DNA from: Parcubacteria group bacterium Gr01-1014_72
Lineage (GTDB): Bacteria > Patescibacteriota > Minisyncoccia > Phycocordibacterales > VMFH01
DNA: 28,636 nt
Reading direction: 5' to 3'
Assembly: GCA_007375925.1 (NCBI GenBank)
Contig: VMFH01000001.1
Span: forward strand, 1 to 28,636
A program made the translations under genes and the position numbers. The notes beneath the pieces were generated by a model. The model saw only the letters and a list, made by a program, of their open reading frames with translations. It ran no database searches and was not told the origin of the DNA. Positions 14,551 to 24,051 of this stretch are shown one piece after another (position 1 is the stretch's first letter; each line of letters begins with the position of its first letter).

Positions 14551-16500
14551 TCAATCGAAATGAATGGTTTTGCTCGGCGTGCTTCTGTTATAGAGCGCGA
14601 TCTCCTCTTCGAGCGACTCTTCGGGAACGTCAAAGATGAACTCGGAGGGAACGTTTAGCTGTCGCATGCCGAAGATGAGGCGACTCCCCGCATAGGAGAG
14701 GATCACCTTTTTTCGGGCGCGGGTGACGGCAACATAGAAGAGGCGCCGTTCCTCTTCCGCTTCCGCGCCGGAGAGCGCCTCCTCTGAGAGGCGCCGGTGC
14801 GGAAAAAGGTCCTCCTCAAGTCCGGTGATGAAGACGCAGTCAAACTCAAGACCTTTCGACGCGTGCACCGTGAGGAGCTTCACCGCGTCGCACTCCTTCA
14901 TGAGCTCGTCCTGGTCGCTCGCGAGCGCGGCGTCTGTGAGAAAGTGCAGAACGCCCGCGGGGCCTTCGCGGTCGTAGCGCGCGGCGAAGCTCGCGAGCTC
15001 GCGGATGTTTTCCAGCCGCTCCTCCCCTTCCGCATCGCTCTCCTTGAGCGCTTTGCCTTGCCCCGTCTCCGCAAGGATGAAGCGGACGAGCTCGCTCGGC
15101 GGTTTCCGCTCGCTCGCTTCCTTGATGCGTGCGAGGAGGGAGCGAAATGAAACGAGCCTTTCCTTCATCGCGGCGGGGAGTTCTCCCTCGCGGCCGGCAA
15201 GAATCTTTAGGAGAGAAACTTTTCCGATGCCCCGCGGAGGCACATTGACGATGCGTTTGAAGTCGGAAATTGAATCAGGCTCGCGCGCGACGCGCAGGTA
15301 CGCGAGCACGTCTTTCACTTCACGCCGCTCAAAGAAACGTGTGCCGAGCACTTGGTACGGGACATCGGCCATGAGGAATGCCTCCTCAAGCGAGCGCGAC
15401 TGAAAGTTCGCGCGGTAGAGCACGGCTATCTCGCGTGCGGGAACACCCTCCGCAATGAGGCGCCTTGCACGATCGGCGACGAAGCGCGCCTCGTCCGTCT
15501 CGTCAATCGCCTCAAAGAGGCCCACGCGCTCGCCCTCGCGGTTCGCGGTGAAGAGATTTTTCTCGCGGCGGAATTTGTTTTTCGCGATGACGCGGTTCGC
15601 CACATCAAGAATCCGCTTCGTGGAACGGTAGTTCTCCTCAAGGAGCACCACGCACGCCTCGGGGTAGTCCTTCTCAAACTCAATAATGTTTTTGATATTC
15701 GCCCCGCGCCAGCCGTAGATTGATTGATCCACGTCGCCGACGACGCAGATATTTTTCTCCGTTCCCGCAAGCGCGCGGGCGAGGAGGTACTGCACGCGGT
15801 TCGTATCTTGGTACTCGTCAATATGAATGTAGCGCCAGACGCGCGCGTAGTGTTCCCGAATCTCCGGCTGCGCAAGGAGCTCGTGCGCCTTGAGGAGAAG
15901 GTCATCAAAATCAAGCGCCTTCTCGGCGCGAAGGAGCGCGTCGTAGCGCTCCCACACCCGCGCCACCAGTTCGCCGAAGTAGTCTCCCAAGGCTGTCTCG
16001 CGGTAGGAGGCAAGGCCGACCGCATTTCCCTTCTCGCGCGAGATGGCGCCTTGCACCTTCCCCGCGTCAATCTGCTTCGGATCGTGGCCGCTCTCTCGCA
16101 GCGCGTCTTTGAGCGCGCGGATTGAATCGGCGCGGTCAAAGATTCCGAAGCGCCGCGGCACACCGACCCGCTCGCCCTTCTCGCGGAGGATGTGCACCGC
16201 GAGTGCGTGGAAGGTGGAGACGAAGGGGTGTTCGTGAAAGGAGACGGGGAGGTTTAGCGTCGCATCTTCCGCGATGAGCCGCTCCACGCGCCCCTGCATC
16301 TCACCAGCCGCCTTGTTCGTGAAGGTGATAGCGAGAATTTCATGCGGGGCGACGCCGCCATGAAGGAGATGGAGGATTCGGTGCGCGATGACGCGCGTTT
16401 TTCCAGCGCCCGCACCGGCGATGATGAGAAGCGGTCCCTTCGTGTGAAGGGCCGCTTCTTTTTGGCGCGCATTCAGCTTTTCAAGGTGTGAGTTGTGCAC
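14551..16500 (-). CDS. pcrA: PcrA/UvrD superfamily 1 DNA helicase
   Basis: AGAGAGKT, ITFTNKAA, DEYQDTN, VGDVDQSIYGWRGA, LEENYRS, TVHASKGLEF, EERRLFYVAVTRA; lacks the C-terminal Tudor-like tail. Confidence 0.97.
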   Translation of the reverse strand: MHNSHLEKLNARQKEAALHTKGPLLIIAGAGAGKTRVIAHRILHLLHGGVAPHEILAITFTNKAAGEMQGRVERLIAEDATLNLPVSFHEHPFVSTFHALAVHILREKGERVGVPRRFGIFDRADSIRALKDALRESGHDPKQIDAGKVQGAISREKGNAVGLASYRETALGDYFGELVARVWERYDALLRAEKALDFDDLLLKAHELLAQPEIREHYARVWRYIHIDEYQDTNRVQYLLARALAGTEKNICVVGDVDQSIYGWRGANIKNIIEFEKDYPEACVVLLEENYRSTKRILDVANRVIAKNKFRREKNLFTANREGERVGLFEAIDETDEARFVADRARRLIAEGVPAREIAVLYRANFQSRSLEEAFLMADVPYQVLGTRFFERREVKDVLAYLRVAREPDSISDFKRIVNVPPRGIGKVSLLKILAGREGELPAAMKERLVSFRSLLARIKEASERKPPSELVRFILAETGQGKALKESDAEGEERLENIRELASFAARYDREGPAGVLHFLTDAALASDQDELMKECDAVKLLTVHASKGLEFDCVFITGLEEDLFPHRRLSEEALSGAEAEEERRLFYVAVTRARKKVILSYAGSRLIFGMRQLNVPSEFIFDVPEESLEEEIALYNRSTPSKTIHFD

Positions 16501-16610
16501 GCGCTGTACTATATCATACAGTGCTCGCGGGTCTCTCTTTCAATTTTGTTCCATATTTTTCGCCCTATGTTCCATGATTTCCGCTGTCCCCACCCCCTCC
16601 CCACCCCTCG

Positions 16611-16638
16611 TTGACTTCACCCCTGCCTTCGCTATAGT
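16611..16638 (+). promoter_or_regulatory. sigma70-type promoter for the M23 gene
   Basis: TTGACT (16611-16), 16 nt spacer, TATAGT (16633-38). Confidence 0.6.
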
Positions 16639-16826
16639 AGAGAGGTCCTGTCACGGGCGCAAACGGTCAGTATGGCTCAACCGAGCCCTTTTCTGGAAGA
16701 TTGAGTGATTTACCGGCTAAGATTTGGCTTATTCCTCTCACCCTTCATGACCCCGCTTCGAACGGCCAGGTAGGCCGAAAGAGGCGGGCGACATATATTG
16801 GTTTTTGTTGGAGCACGCGCCTTTCT

Positions 16827-17822
16827 ATGGGGGCAGTGCTTGGTTCCCTTTTCATGGCTACCATTGTCTTTCCTTCCGTCGCCGCGGCGGGAGTTTTTTC
16901 TTTCTTTGCAGAGTTGTTTTCAGATAGGGACGAACGGGCACAGGCGGCAAGCGTCGGAAACGCCCAGACGATGGCGCTCCTGGAAGCCGCGCGCAACCGT
17001 GACCCGAATCCTTCAAAAGGGGGCGGTGATATAACGATTGTCGGCGGCACGGCGCTTCTTCCCGAGACCGGTCCCTCCGGCACCATTGCGAACATTGAGG
17101 ATACTCCCCTCGCGGGTGAAATCAGCATCTACGTTGTACGCGAGGGAGATTCCCTCTCCGCCATTTCCAAGATGTTTGGGGTGTCGGTGAACACGATCGT
17201 GTGGGCGAACGACATCAAAAATGCCATCATTCGCCCCGGCGACCGGCTCGTCATTCTCCCCGTGTCCGGCGTCCAGCACACCGTTAAGAAAGGGGAGACA
17301 ATCCAGAGCATCGCCCTCAAGTACAAAGCTGACCTTGCCGAGGTGCTCCAGTTCAACGACCTCCAGCCCGGCGCGGAGCTCGCCATCGGTTCAACCGTCA
17401 TCATCCCGGATGCCGAGCTCGCCGCTCCGATACTCACCATGCCGTCTCGCGTCCGCGGCGCGGGCGGGCCGTCATACGACGGATACTACCTCCGGCCCGT
17501 TGCCGGCGCTCGCAAGACGCAGGGGCTCCACGGGTACAACGGCATTGATCTCGGCGCACCCGAAGGTACCCCGGTGCTTGCCGCCGCGTCAGGACAGGTC
17601 ATCATCAGCAGAAATTATGGCTGGAACGGAGGGTACGGCAACTATGTTGCGATTGAGCACGGCAACGGGACCCAGACGCTCTACTCGCACCTCTCGCTCA
17701 ACGCCGTGTTTGAAGGGTTCCATGTCGCGCGCGGACAGATCATCGGGTACGTCGGGCAGACCGGCAAGGTGACCGGCCCGCACCTCCACTTTGAGGTCCG
17801 CGGGGCAAGGAATCCGTTTTGA
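16827..17822 (+). CDS. Peptidoglycan endopeptidase with two LysM domains and an M23 domain
   Basis: YVVREGDSLSAIS and HTVKKGETIQSIA (LysM); HGYNGID, GGYGNYV.I.H, TLYSHL, GQTGKVTGPHLHFEV (M23). Start placed at ATG 16827 before the hydrophobic N-terminus. Confidence 0.93.
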   Translation: MGAVLGSLFMATIVFPSVAAAGVFSFFAELFSDRDERAQAASVGNAQTMALLEAARNRDPNPSKGGGDITIVGGTALLPETGPSGTIANIEDTPLAGEISIYVVREGDSLSAISKMFGVSVNTIVWANDIKNAIIRPGDRLVILPVSGVQHTVKKGETIQSIALKYKADLAEVLQFNDLQPGAELAIGSTVIIPDAELAAPILTMPSRVRGAGGPSYDGYYLRPVAGARKTQGLHGYNGIDLGAPEGTPVLAAASGQVIISRNYGWNGGYGNYVAIEHGNGTQTLYSHLSLNAVFEGFHVARGQIIGYVGQTGKVTGPHLHFEVRGARNPF

Positions 17823-17841
17823 TTCACGAAATTTGAAACAC

Positions 17842-17892
17842 AAAAACCGTCCCGCTCCGCCAGTTGGCGGATAGCGGGACGGTTTTTCTTTT
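17842..17892. terminator. Bidirectional intrinsic terminator containing a tccgccagttggcgga core
   Basis: aaaaaccgtcccgc/gcgggacggttttt stem with A- and T-tracts, between the convergent M23 and comM genes. Confidence 0.9.
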
Positions 17893-17909
17893 TCCTACTG
17901 CGCTACCCA

Positions 17910-19469
17910 CTACAAACTACCACCTAGTTTCTTCGGTCGGTACGACAGCGCTTCCAGAAGATGATGTTCGCGGACATCCAGCGCTCCCTCTAGGTCGGCG
18001 ATGGTGCGGGCGAGCTTGATGACGCGGTGGTAGCCGCGTCCCGAGAGGCCGAGCTTCTCTGCCGATGAGGCGAGGAGCGTTTTCTCTCTGTCGGGGAGCG
18101 GCACGAAGCGTTCAATATCGCGAACGTTCATCTCGGAGTTTGTTGTGATGCGTCTTCCCGCCTTCACGAAGCGTTTCCCCTGCACCCGGCGCGCCTGTTC
18201 TACTCGTCGGCGAATACCCTCGCTTTCTTTGTCGCCCTCATCCGGCTTCTTCTCGCCGAGCGCTTTGATCGGCATGCGCGACACCTCAATCCAGAGGTCA
18301 ATGCGGTCAATGATGGGGCCCGAGATTTTTCGTTGGTAGCGCTGTATGGAGAGCGGCGTGCAGATGCACTCTTTGCCTCGCGTGCCGAAATTTCCGCATG
18401 GACAGGGATTGAGCGCCGCAATGAGGATGAAGTGCGCCGGAAACTCCGCCGTGCCTTTCGCGCGCGAGATTGAGACGACCCTGTCCTCAAGCGGTTGGCG
18501 CAGGGCCTCAATGACGCGGCGGTCAAACTCGGCGAACTCATCTAAGAAGAGGACGCCCTTGTGCGCGAGCGTTACTTCGCCCGGGCGCGGGAACGTGCCG
18601 CCGCCGACCATCGCGACGTAGGAGGAGGTGTGGTGTGGCATACGGACAGGGGGCTCTCTGACAAGCGTGTTCCCGAGGGCGCCGGCAACGGAGTGTATCG
18701 CGGTAACATCCAGACACTCCTCGTGCGAGAGGGGCGGGAGAATGGTACGGAAGGCGCGGGCGAGCATCGTCTTCCCCGTCCCGGGCGGGCCCCACATTGC
18801 GAGGTTGTGCGCTCCCGCGGCGGCGATCTCAAGTCCGCGCTTCGCGCTCTCCTGACCGCGCACGTCCGAGAAATCAAGCTCCGGCCGCGCTCCCGCGCGC
18901 GCGATTCTCGTCGGGGGCGTGGGGAGAAGTTTTTTCGCGTCCCCCTCTCCCGCGGTGTTGAGGTGATTGATGATGTCGCCGAGGTGCGAGGCGGCGAAGA
19001 CGGAAATCCCTTCAATGAGTGCCGCTTCAGCGGCGTTCTCGGCGGGAAGAAACACCTCGCGGATGCCCGCCCTTTGCGCACTACGAACAATCGGGAGTAC
19101 CCCGCGAACTGGGCGGAGTCCCCCATCAAGCGAGAGTTCGCCGATGAAGAGCCGCCCCACTGGATCAAACCGGATGTCCTCTGCCGCAAGGAGGTACGCG
19201 AGCGCAATCGGCAGATCAAAGAGAGGCCCCTCTTTCTTGAGATCCGCCGGTGCGAGTGAGATGGTTATCCTCTGGTTCCGATGTTTCGGCGACTTGAAGC
19301 CGCTGTTTTTGATGGCGGCCGAGACACGATCCTTTGATTCCTCCACACCTTTGTCGGGAAGGCCGACGATTGAGAACGCGTGGAGCCCCTTTGAGAGGTC
19401 AACCTCAACAGTAATGAGACCTGCCGAGAGGAGGTTTGCCTGGCCACTACCGACCTTCGCGAAGGGCAT
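17910..19469 (-). CDS. comM: ComM/YifB MCM-like AAA+ ATPase
   Basis: VEVDL..GL..FSIVGLPD, DLKKEG..FDLPIA, GPPGTGKTMLAR, RPGEVTLAHKGVLFLDEF, LRQPLED, NPCPCG, SGPIIDRID, ARTIADL. Confidence 0.96.
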   Translation of the reverse strand: MPFAKVGSGQANLLSAGLITVEVDLSKGLHAFSIVGLPDKGVEESKDRVSAAIKNSGFKSPKHRNQRITISLAPADLKKEGPLFDLPIALAYLLAAEDIRFDPVGRLFIGELSLDGGLRPVRGVLPIVRSAQRAGIREVFLPAENAAEAALIEGISVFAASHLGDIINHLNTAGEGDAKKLLPTPPTRIARAGARPELDFSDVRGQESAKRGLEIAAAGAHNLAMWGPPGTGKTMLARAFRTILPPLSHEECLDVTAIHSVAGALGNTLVREPPVRMPHHTSSYVAMVGGGTFPRPGEVTLAHKGVLFLDEFAEFDRRVIEALRQPLEDRVVSISRAKGTAEFPAHFILIAALNPCPCGNFGTRGKECICTPLSIQRYQRKISGPIIDRIDLWIEVSRMPIKALGEKKPDEGDKESEGIRRRVEQARRVQGKRFVKAGRRITTNSEMNVRDIERFVPLPDREKTLLASSAEKLGLSGRGYHRVIKLARTIADLEGALDVREHHLLEALSYRPKKLGGSL

Positions 19470-19474
19470 AAGAG

Positions 19475-19537
19475 AAAATTTCTAATGACTACTTTCTAAT
19501 ATCTAATAGGAATTAGGAATTCTTGAATTAGGAATTT
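19475..19537. repeat. AT-rich degenerate inverted repeat (ctaat/attag units)
   Basis: aaaatttctaatgactactttctaatatctaat followed by aattaggaattcttgaattaggaattt, between dksA-like and comM. Confidence 0.6.
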
Positions 19538-19541
19538 CCCC

Positions 19542-19898
19542 CTATCCCATGTGCCGTTTGCATGTCGTTGCGGCGGGGTTTGCGTTCAGACGGTCTTCCT
19601 CAATCGCCTCTCCGCCGACAGCGCAGTTGCCGTAGGCGCCCTCCGCAATCCGTTTGAGCGCGCTCTTCACCTCGTTGTAGCGGATCTCCAGCTGTTTCAA
19701 GATCGCCGCGTTCTCCTCAAACGCCTCCATGCTGTCGGCAACCTCATTCTGGTCAGAGGCAAGTATATCCATTTTTTCTGGCACCGGCTCCCAGTCGGCC
19801 GGGTTTGACGGATTCACGCGCCCGACGCTCTTGAGCTCCGCCTCAAGCGTTTTGAGTTCTTCCTCAAGCTTCTGTTTGTATCCATCAAGATTTTTCAT
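19542..19898 (-). CDS. TraR/DksA-family protein
   Basis: Coiled coil with DQNEVAD tip, ALKRI..G.YG.C and RL.ANPAATTCKRH; start ATG 19898. Confidence 0.85.
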   Translation of the reverse strand: MKNLDGYKQKLEEELKTLEAELKSVGRVNPSNPADWEPVPEKMDILASDQNEVADSMEAFEENAAILKQLEIRYNEVKSALKRIAEGAYGNCAVGGEAIEEDRLNANPAATTCKRHMG

Positions 19899-20017
19899 GG
19901 TTCCATTATAGCAGAGCGGTGAAAAGAGCAAGGGCGTTCGAGTTGGCAAGATCGATGTTCTCTGATAGTCTTTTTTCGGATTCAAGACTACACAACCAAA
20001 CAATGAAAGGATAGCAA

Positions 20018-20233
20018 ATGAATGTACATTTTGACAGAAACTCCGGGCGGCTCATGTTGACCGCGCTAAACGAAGATGAGCGCGAGATGATTCGGGCGAT
20101 TTCGGAGACCCCCACTGCCTCCGGTCTTCCCGAACGCACGGGAAGCGGCGTGCCGTACCAAGTCATTCTTGACCTCACGGGGGTTACCGCGACGAGGAAG
20201 ATTTCTCGGGAAGAAGTCCCCGCCGGTTTCTAA
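20018..20233 (+). CDS. Small hypothetical protein (71 aa)
   Basis: AAAGGA shortly before the ATG; fills an otherwise empty spacer; plausible composition, no recognised family. Confidence 0.45.
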   Translation: MNVHFDRNSGRLMLTALNEDEREMIRAISETPTASGLPERTGSGVPYQVILDLTGVTATRKISREEVPAGF

Positions 20234-20304
20234 TTCGCGACTTCCCTAACAAATTCACAGAGCCGTTCCGATCTCTCGGAATGGCTTTTTTTAAGTTTCT
20301 AAAA

Positions 20305-21765
20305 TTAACGGACGAGCTGCCGTTGCAGGAGCCGCTTGTTGATTTCGGCGAGCGCCTCCTCGCTTCCCGCAATCACAATCGTCTCTTTGTCGGGGAGCGC
20401 ATAGATGAGCGTGGTCGTGCTGGTGTCCGAGCCTGCCTGCGCAGGCAGGCGAAGTACCCGCGCGTCTTTGTTGCGGACGACAATATCAACGAACGGCGTG
20501 GTGCGCAGTGACGTGGTCGTCCCGCGCGCGCTCCTTCCAATGAGGGGGACGAGATCGTCGCCGAGGTTGCGCTCCCACTGAAGCATCCCTGCGAAGGCGG
20601 TCTCAAAACTCTTCGTCTTGAAGACGATGAACGTCTCCTTCACGCTCCCTCCGTAGAAGCCGAGCGCGAAATTGTTTTCAATTGAGCGCAGGAGCGAAGG
20701 CGGCGCCTTGAGCTCCATGCGCTCCGCGAAGGCGCTCGCAGAGAGGGGTTCCGTCGGCGGGGTTCCGGGAGTCACTCTTTCCTTCAGCGCTTCGTCGCCC
20801 GTAGTTTCCGTCAGGGTGAGGAGGACGATTGTTCCCTTCGCGATGGTAACCTTTCCCCGTTCGTCGCGGATGAGGCGGATGAGCTCGGTGCGCTTCCTCC
20901 CTGCGGCCGGGAGTTCCCTGCTAGTTTCGGCCGAAATAATTGCAGAGCGCTCGCCCCTTTCTCCCTCTTGTGGCGGCGGCGATTCATTTTTTACTCGGAA
21001 CAAGAAGAGAGTTCCGATGGCACCTCCTCCGCCCAAGATGAGGACGAGACTTATGATTAAAAGCAGGCGCGCGCGTGAGGCGGTCGCGGCTGTCTCCTCC
21101 GGGAAAAGAACGGGGCCTGCGCCTGCCCGCGCGGCGGGGGCAGGCGGCACGGTGAGCGCTTCGAGCGGCACCTCTCCCCGCGGCGGCGAAGTGCGCGCTG
21201 GTTCGGCGGGGGCGCGAACGGTGTGTGTGGATGGCGGCACGCGAACAGGGGTCTCGGGGTCAAGGGGCGACACTTTTTCCGCCGGTGCGACGAGGCCGCC
21301 TTCTGGCGAAACTCCCGCGCTTGGAATTGGTACCGGAGGAGTAGCAGGTGTTTCTCGCCGAATGGCGCGAATGCCGCTTGCGGGTGCTGGGCTTGCGGCG
21401 GTTGCTCCCACGGGAGCGCTGGTTCGGGTCTCGGCGCTCCCCACCCCGACGGGGGGTGACTCGGTCTGAAACTCCGATCCTTGTAACTCTCCTCTCACCT
21501 CTTGCTCAAGCGCAGATTCAGCGCGCGCTGGTTTTGCCGCTGTGCTCTCGTCGGGGATTTGCGGCGCGACCTGTGGTCGCACCGCCCCCACTTTCTGTCG
21601 CGCGAGTTCGTTTGCGCGCCTGCTCTCGGCTATCGCAATCTTTGCAAGCGAGCCCTTTTGGGAGCGCAAGGCCGCCTCAACGTCCGCCTGGTAGGTGCGC
21701 AGCGGGCGGAGGATATCGTCTTTTTTCTCTGCGCTGTCTGTGCCGTCAGTGTTTTCCTGTGGCAT
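20305..21765 (-). CDS. CPR-type bitopic membrane protein with Pro/Ala-rich cytoplasmic linker (486 aa)
   Basis: LRTYQADV.....S...IAIAE N-terminal motif, single TM helix, F..AFAGML.WE..L..DL C-terminal domain. Confidence 0.85.
   Translation of the reverse strand: MPQENTDGTDSAEKKDDILRPLRTYQADVEAALRSQKGSLAKIAIAESRRANELARQKVGAVRPQVAPQIPDESTAAKPARAESALEQEVRGELQGSEFQTESPPVGVGSAETRTSAPVGATAASPAPASGIRAIRRETPATPPVPIPSAGVSPEGGLVAPAEKVSPLDPETPVRVPPSTHTVRAPAEPARTSPPRGEVPLEALTVPPAPAARAGAGPVLFPEETAATASRARLLLIISLVLILGGGGAIGTLFLFRVKNESPPPQEGERGERSAIISAETSRELPAAGRKRTELIRLIRDERGKVTIAKGTIVLLTLTETTGDEALKERVTPGTPPTEPLSASAFAERMELKAPPSLLRSIENNFALGFYGGSVKETFIVFKTKSFETAFAGMLQWERNLGDDLVPLIGRSARGTTTSLRTTPFVDIVVRNKDARVLRLPAQAGSDTSTTTLIYALPDKETIVIAGSEEALAEINKRLLQRQLVR
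20431..20450. repeat. Perfect 20 bp palindrome within a CDS (encodes LPAQAG)
   Basis: gcctgcctgcgcaggcaggc. Confidence 0.9.
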
Positions 21766-21839
21766 AAAGGATTCCCGCAGTTTTCTGCGAAGGTGTCCCG
21801 AAGCGGTTATATGTTTTACACACTTCCTCTTTTCCGCTT

Positions 21840-24047
21840 TTAGCGTCTGTGGTCGCCGTGCTGTCCGTGAGGACGATCTGTTCGCGTCCCGGCACTGCTT
21901 CCCGGCGCGCTTCCACGGCGCTTCGCGAAGTCGGGGTCAATGTCCTTGAGCGAGAGGCGAATGCGGTCGCCCTCCACCTCCTTCACAATGACGGGAATCG
22001 TCTCGCCTTCCTTGAGGACGTCCGTTACCTTGTTGATGCGCCACGGCGCGATCTCGGAAATGTGCAGCAGCCCTTCGGTGCTTCCCCCTATTCTAACAAA
22101 TGCGCCGAAATCCGCGATGCGGGTTACCACGCCGTCAAACCGCTCCCCCGCTTTGTACTCGCGCGTCATGTCGGCAATAATCTTCGCCGCTTTTTCCGCC
22201 GTGCCGTTCTTTCCCGTGATGAAGACAGAGCCGTCGTCCTCAATGTCAATCGCGTCAACGCCGGTAGAATCTTTGATCTCGTTGATCGTCTTGCCGCCCG
22301 TGCCGATGATGAGCCCGATCTGCGAGGGCTTCACCGTGAGGAGAATGATTTTTGGCGCGGAGGGAGAGATGTCCGGTCGCGGTGCCGCAAGTTCTTTTTC
22401 AATTGTATCCAGAATATGATGTCGCGCATCCTTTGCCCGCACGAGCGCCTCCGCGAGAATCGGGAGCGGAATGCCGTCCACCTTCACGTCCATCTGGATT
22501 GCCGTGACGCCGACCCGCGTTCCCGCCACTTTTAAATCCATGTCGCCGTGGTGGTCTTCCGGTCCCTGAATGTCGGTGAGGAGCGCGTACTCATACTTCA
22601 TTTCGCCCTTGGCGGATTTCGCTACGCGGAGCATCAGCCCCGAGGCAATGCCCGCGACCGCGGCTTTGATAGGGACGCCTGCGTCCATGAGCGCGAGTGC
22701 GCTCGCGCAGACACTCCCCATGGAGGTGGAGCCGTTTGAGGAAAGGGATTCGGAGACGATGCGGATGGTATAGGGGAATGTTTCTTTCGGCGGGAGCACA
22801 TGCTTGAGCGCCTTCTCCGCGAGCGCGCCGTGTCCCGTCATACGTCGGTTTGTGCCACCAATGCGACCCACTTCGCCGGATGAGTACGGCGGGAAGTTGT
22901 AGTGATGCATGAAGCGCTTTTTCGTCTTGACCTCCATGCCGTCAATTATCTGCGCGTCGCCGGGTCCGCCGAGCGTGAGCGCGGAGAAGATGTGTGTCGC
23001 GCCGCGATAAAAGATGCCGGAGCCGTGGAGGATTGGGGAGATGCCGCCCGCTTTGGCGAAGAGGGGGCGCACGTCGGTTAGTTTCCGTCCGTCGGCGCGG
23101 CGCGCCCGCATAATCGCCTCCTCGTGAATGAGTTCAGAAAGTTTATCCTCAAAAAAGTTGTCAGCGATGCTAGGTTTCTGGTCGGGAAACTTCTCCAGAG
23201 CGCCCGCGAGCCACTCCCGCTTCAGTTCATTGATGTGCTCGCCGCCCGTCTTCCCTATGAAGATGCGCTTCATAAAGGTTGGTGCAATCTTCTCCTCAAA
23301 CAGCGGCGGCATTTCCGGCGGCATTTCCGGTTTCGGAATCACAATTTTCGCCTTCGCGCGCAGGGCGATGATTTCTTTTTGCCACGCCTGTACCCGCTCA
23401 ATCTCCTCGCTCGCTCGCGTGAGGCCGTCCACGATGACACCCTCCGACATCTCCCGCCCGTCATTCTCAATCATATTGATGTTGCCGTCCTTGCCGCAGA
23501 CGGTCTGCTCCATCTCAAAGATTCCCTGCTCGCGGTCGGGGTAGGTCGGGTTGACGATGAACTCATCCCTCCCCTCAAACTTTCCGATGCGCACCCCCGA
23601 GACCGGCCCGTTCCACGGGATGTCTGAAGTGCCAAGTGCGAGGGATGCGCCGATGACGGCAAGGATGTCGGGGTCGTCTTCGCCAAGCGAGAGGATAGTG
23701 ACGACGACCTGTACCTCATGGCGGACGTGGCTGTCAAAAAGGGGCCGGATGGTGCGGTCCACGATGCGTCCCGAGAGTATGGCCTCATCCGAAGGCCGCC
23801 CTTCCCGTCGGATGAAACGGCTCCCGAGAATCTGCCCCGAGGCGTAGAAGCGTTCTTCGTAATCAACGGTGAGCGGGAAGAAGTCTCCCCCGCCCTCGCG
23901 GGGCTTCGTTCCCATGACGGCAGTTATGAGTACCACGGTGTTCCCGTAGCGCATCAAGACCGACCCGTTCGTCTGTTCCGCCAAATCATTAAACTCCGCG
24001 ATGAGCGGTTTGCCCCCGATCGGGAGCGAGTATTCTTTTTTCTTCAT
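21840..24047 (-). CDS. pnp: Polyribonucleotide nucleotidyltransferase (PNPase)
   Basis: FFPLTVDYEER, R.VDRTIRPLF, RRADGR, HYNFPPYS.GE, RR..GHGALAE, SNGSTSMGS.C, GDMDLKVAG, then KH and S1 domains. Confidence 0.98.
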   Translation of the reverse strand: MKKKEYSLPIGGKPLIAEFNDLAEQTNGSVLMRYGNTVVLITAVMGTKPREGGGDFFPLTVDYEERFYASGQILGSRFIRREGRPSDEAILSGRIVDRTIRPLFDSHVRHEVQVVVTILSLGEDDPDILAVIGASLALGTSDIPWNGPVSGVRIGKFEGRDEFIVNPTYPDREQGIFEMEQTVCGKDGNINMIENDGREMSEGVIVDGLTRASEEIERVQAWQKEIIALRAKAKIVIPKPEMPPEMPPLFEEKIAPTFMKRIFIGKTGGEHINELKREWLAGALEKFPDQKPSIADNFFEDKLSELIHEEAIMRARRADGRKLTDVRPLFAKAGGISPILHGSGIFYRGATHIFSALTLGGPGDAQIIDGMEVKTKKRFMHHYNFPPYSSGEVGRIGGTNRRMTGHGALAEKALKHVLPPKETFPYTIRIVSESLSSNGSTSMGSVCASALALMDAGVPIKAAVAGIASGLMLRVAKSAKGEMKYEYALLTDIQGPEDHHGDMDLKVAGTRVGVTAIQMDVKVDGIPLPILAEALVRAKDARHHILDTIEKELAAPRPDISPSAPKIILLTVKPSQIGLIIGTGGKTINEIKDSTGVDAIDIEDDGSVFITGKNGTAEKAAKIIADMTREYKAGERFDGVVTRIADFGAFVRIGGSTEGLLHISEIAPWRINKVTDVLKEGETIPVIVKEVEGDRIRLSLKDIDPDFAKRRGSAPGSSAGTRTDRPHGQHGDHRR

Positions 24048-24051
24048 TATA

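Noticed and set aside
16640-16740. c-di-GMP-I or c-di-AMP riboswitch call upstream of the M23 gene
   Set aside because: Only fragments (gcaaac, ccggctaag) resemble the consensus and the required helices and junction motifs are missing; kept only as an unassigned leader.
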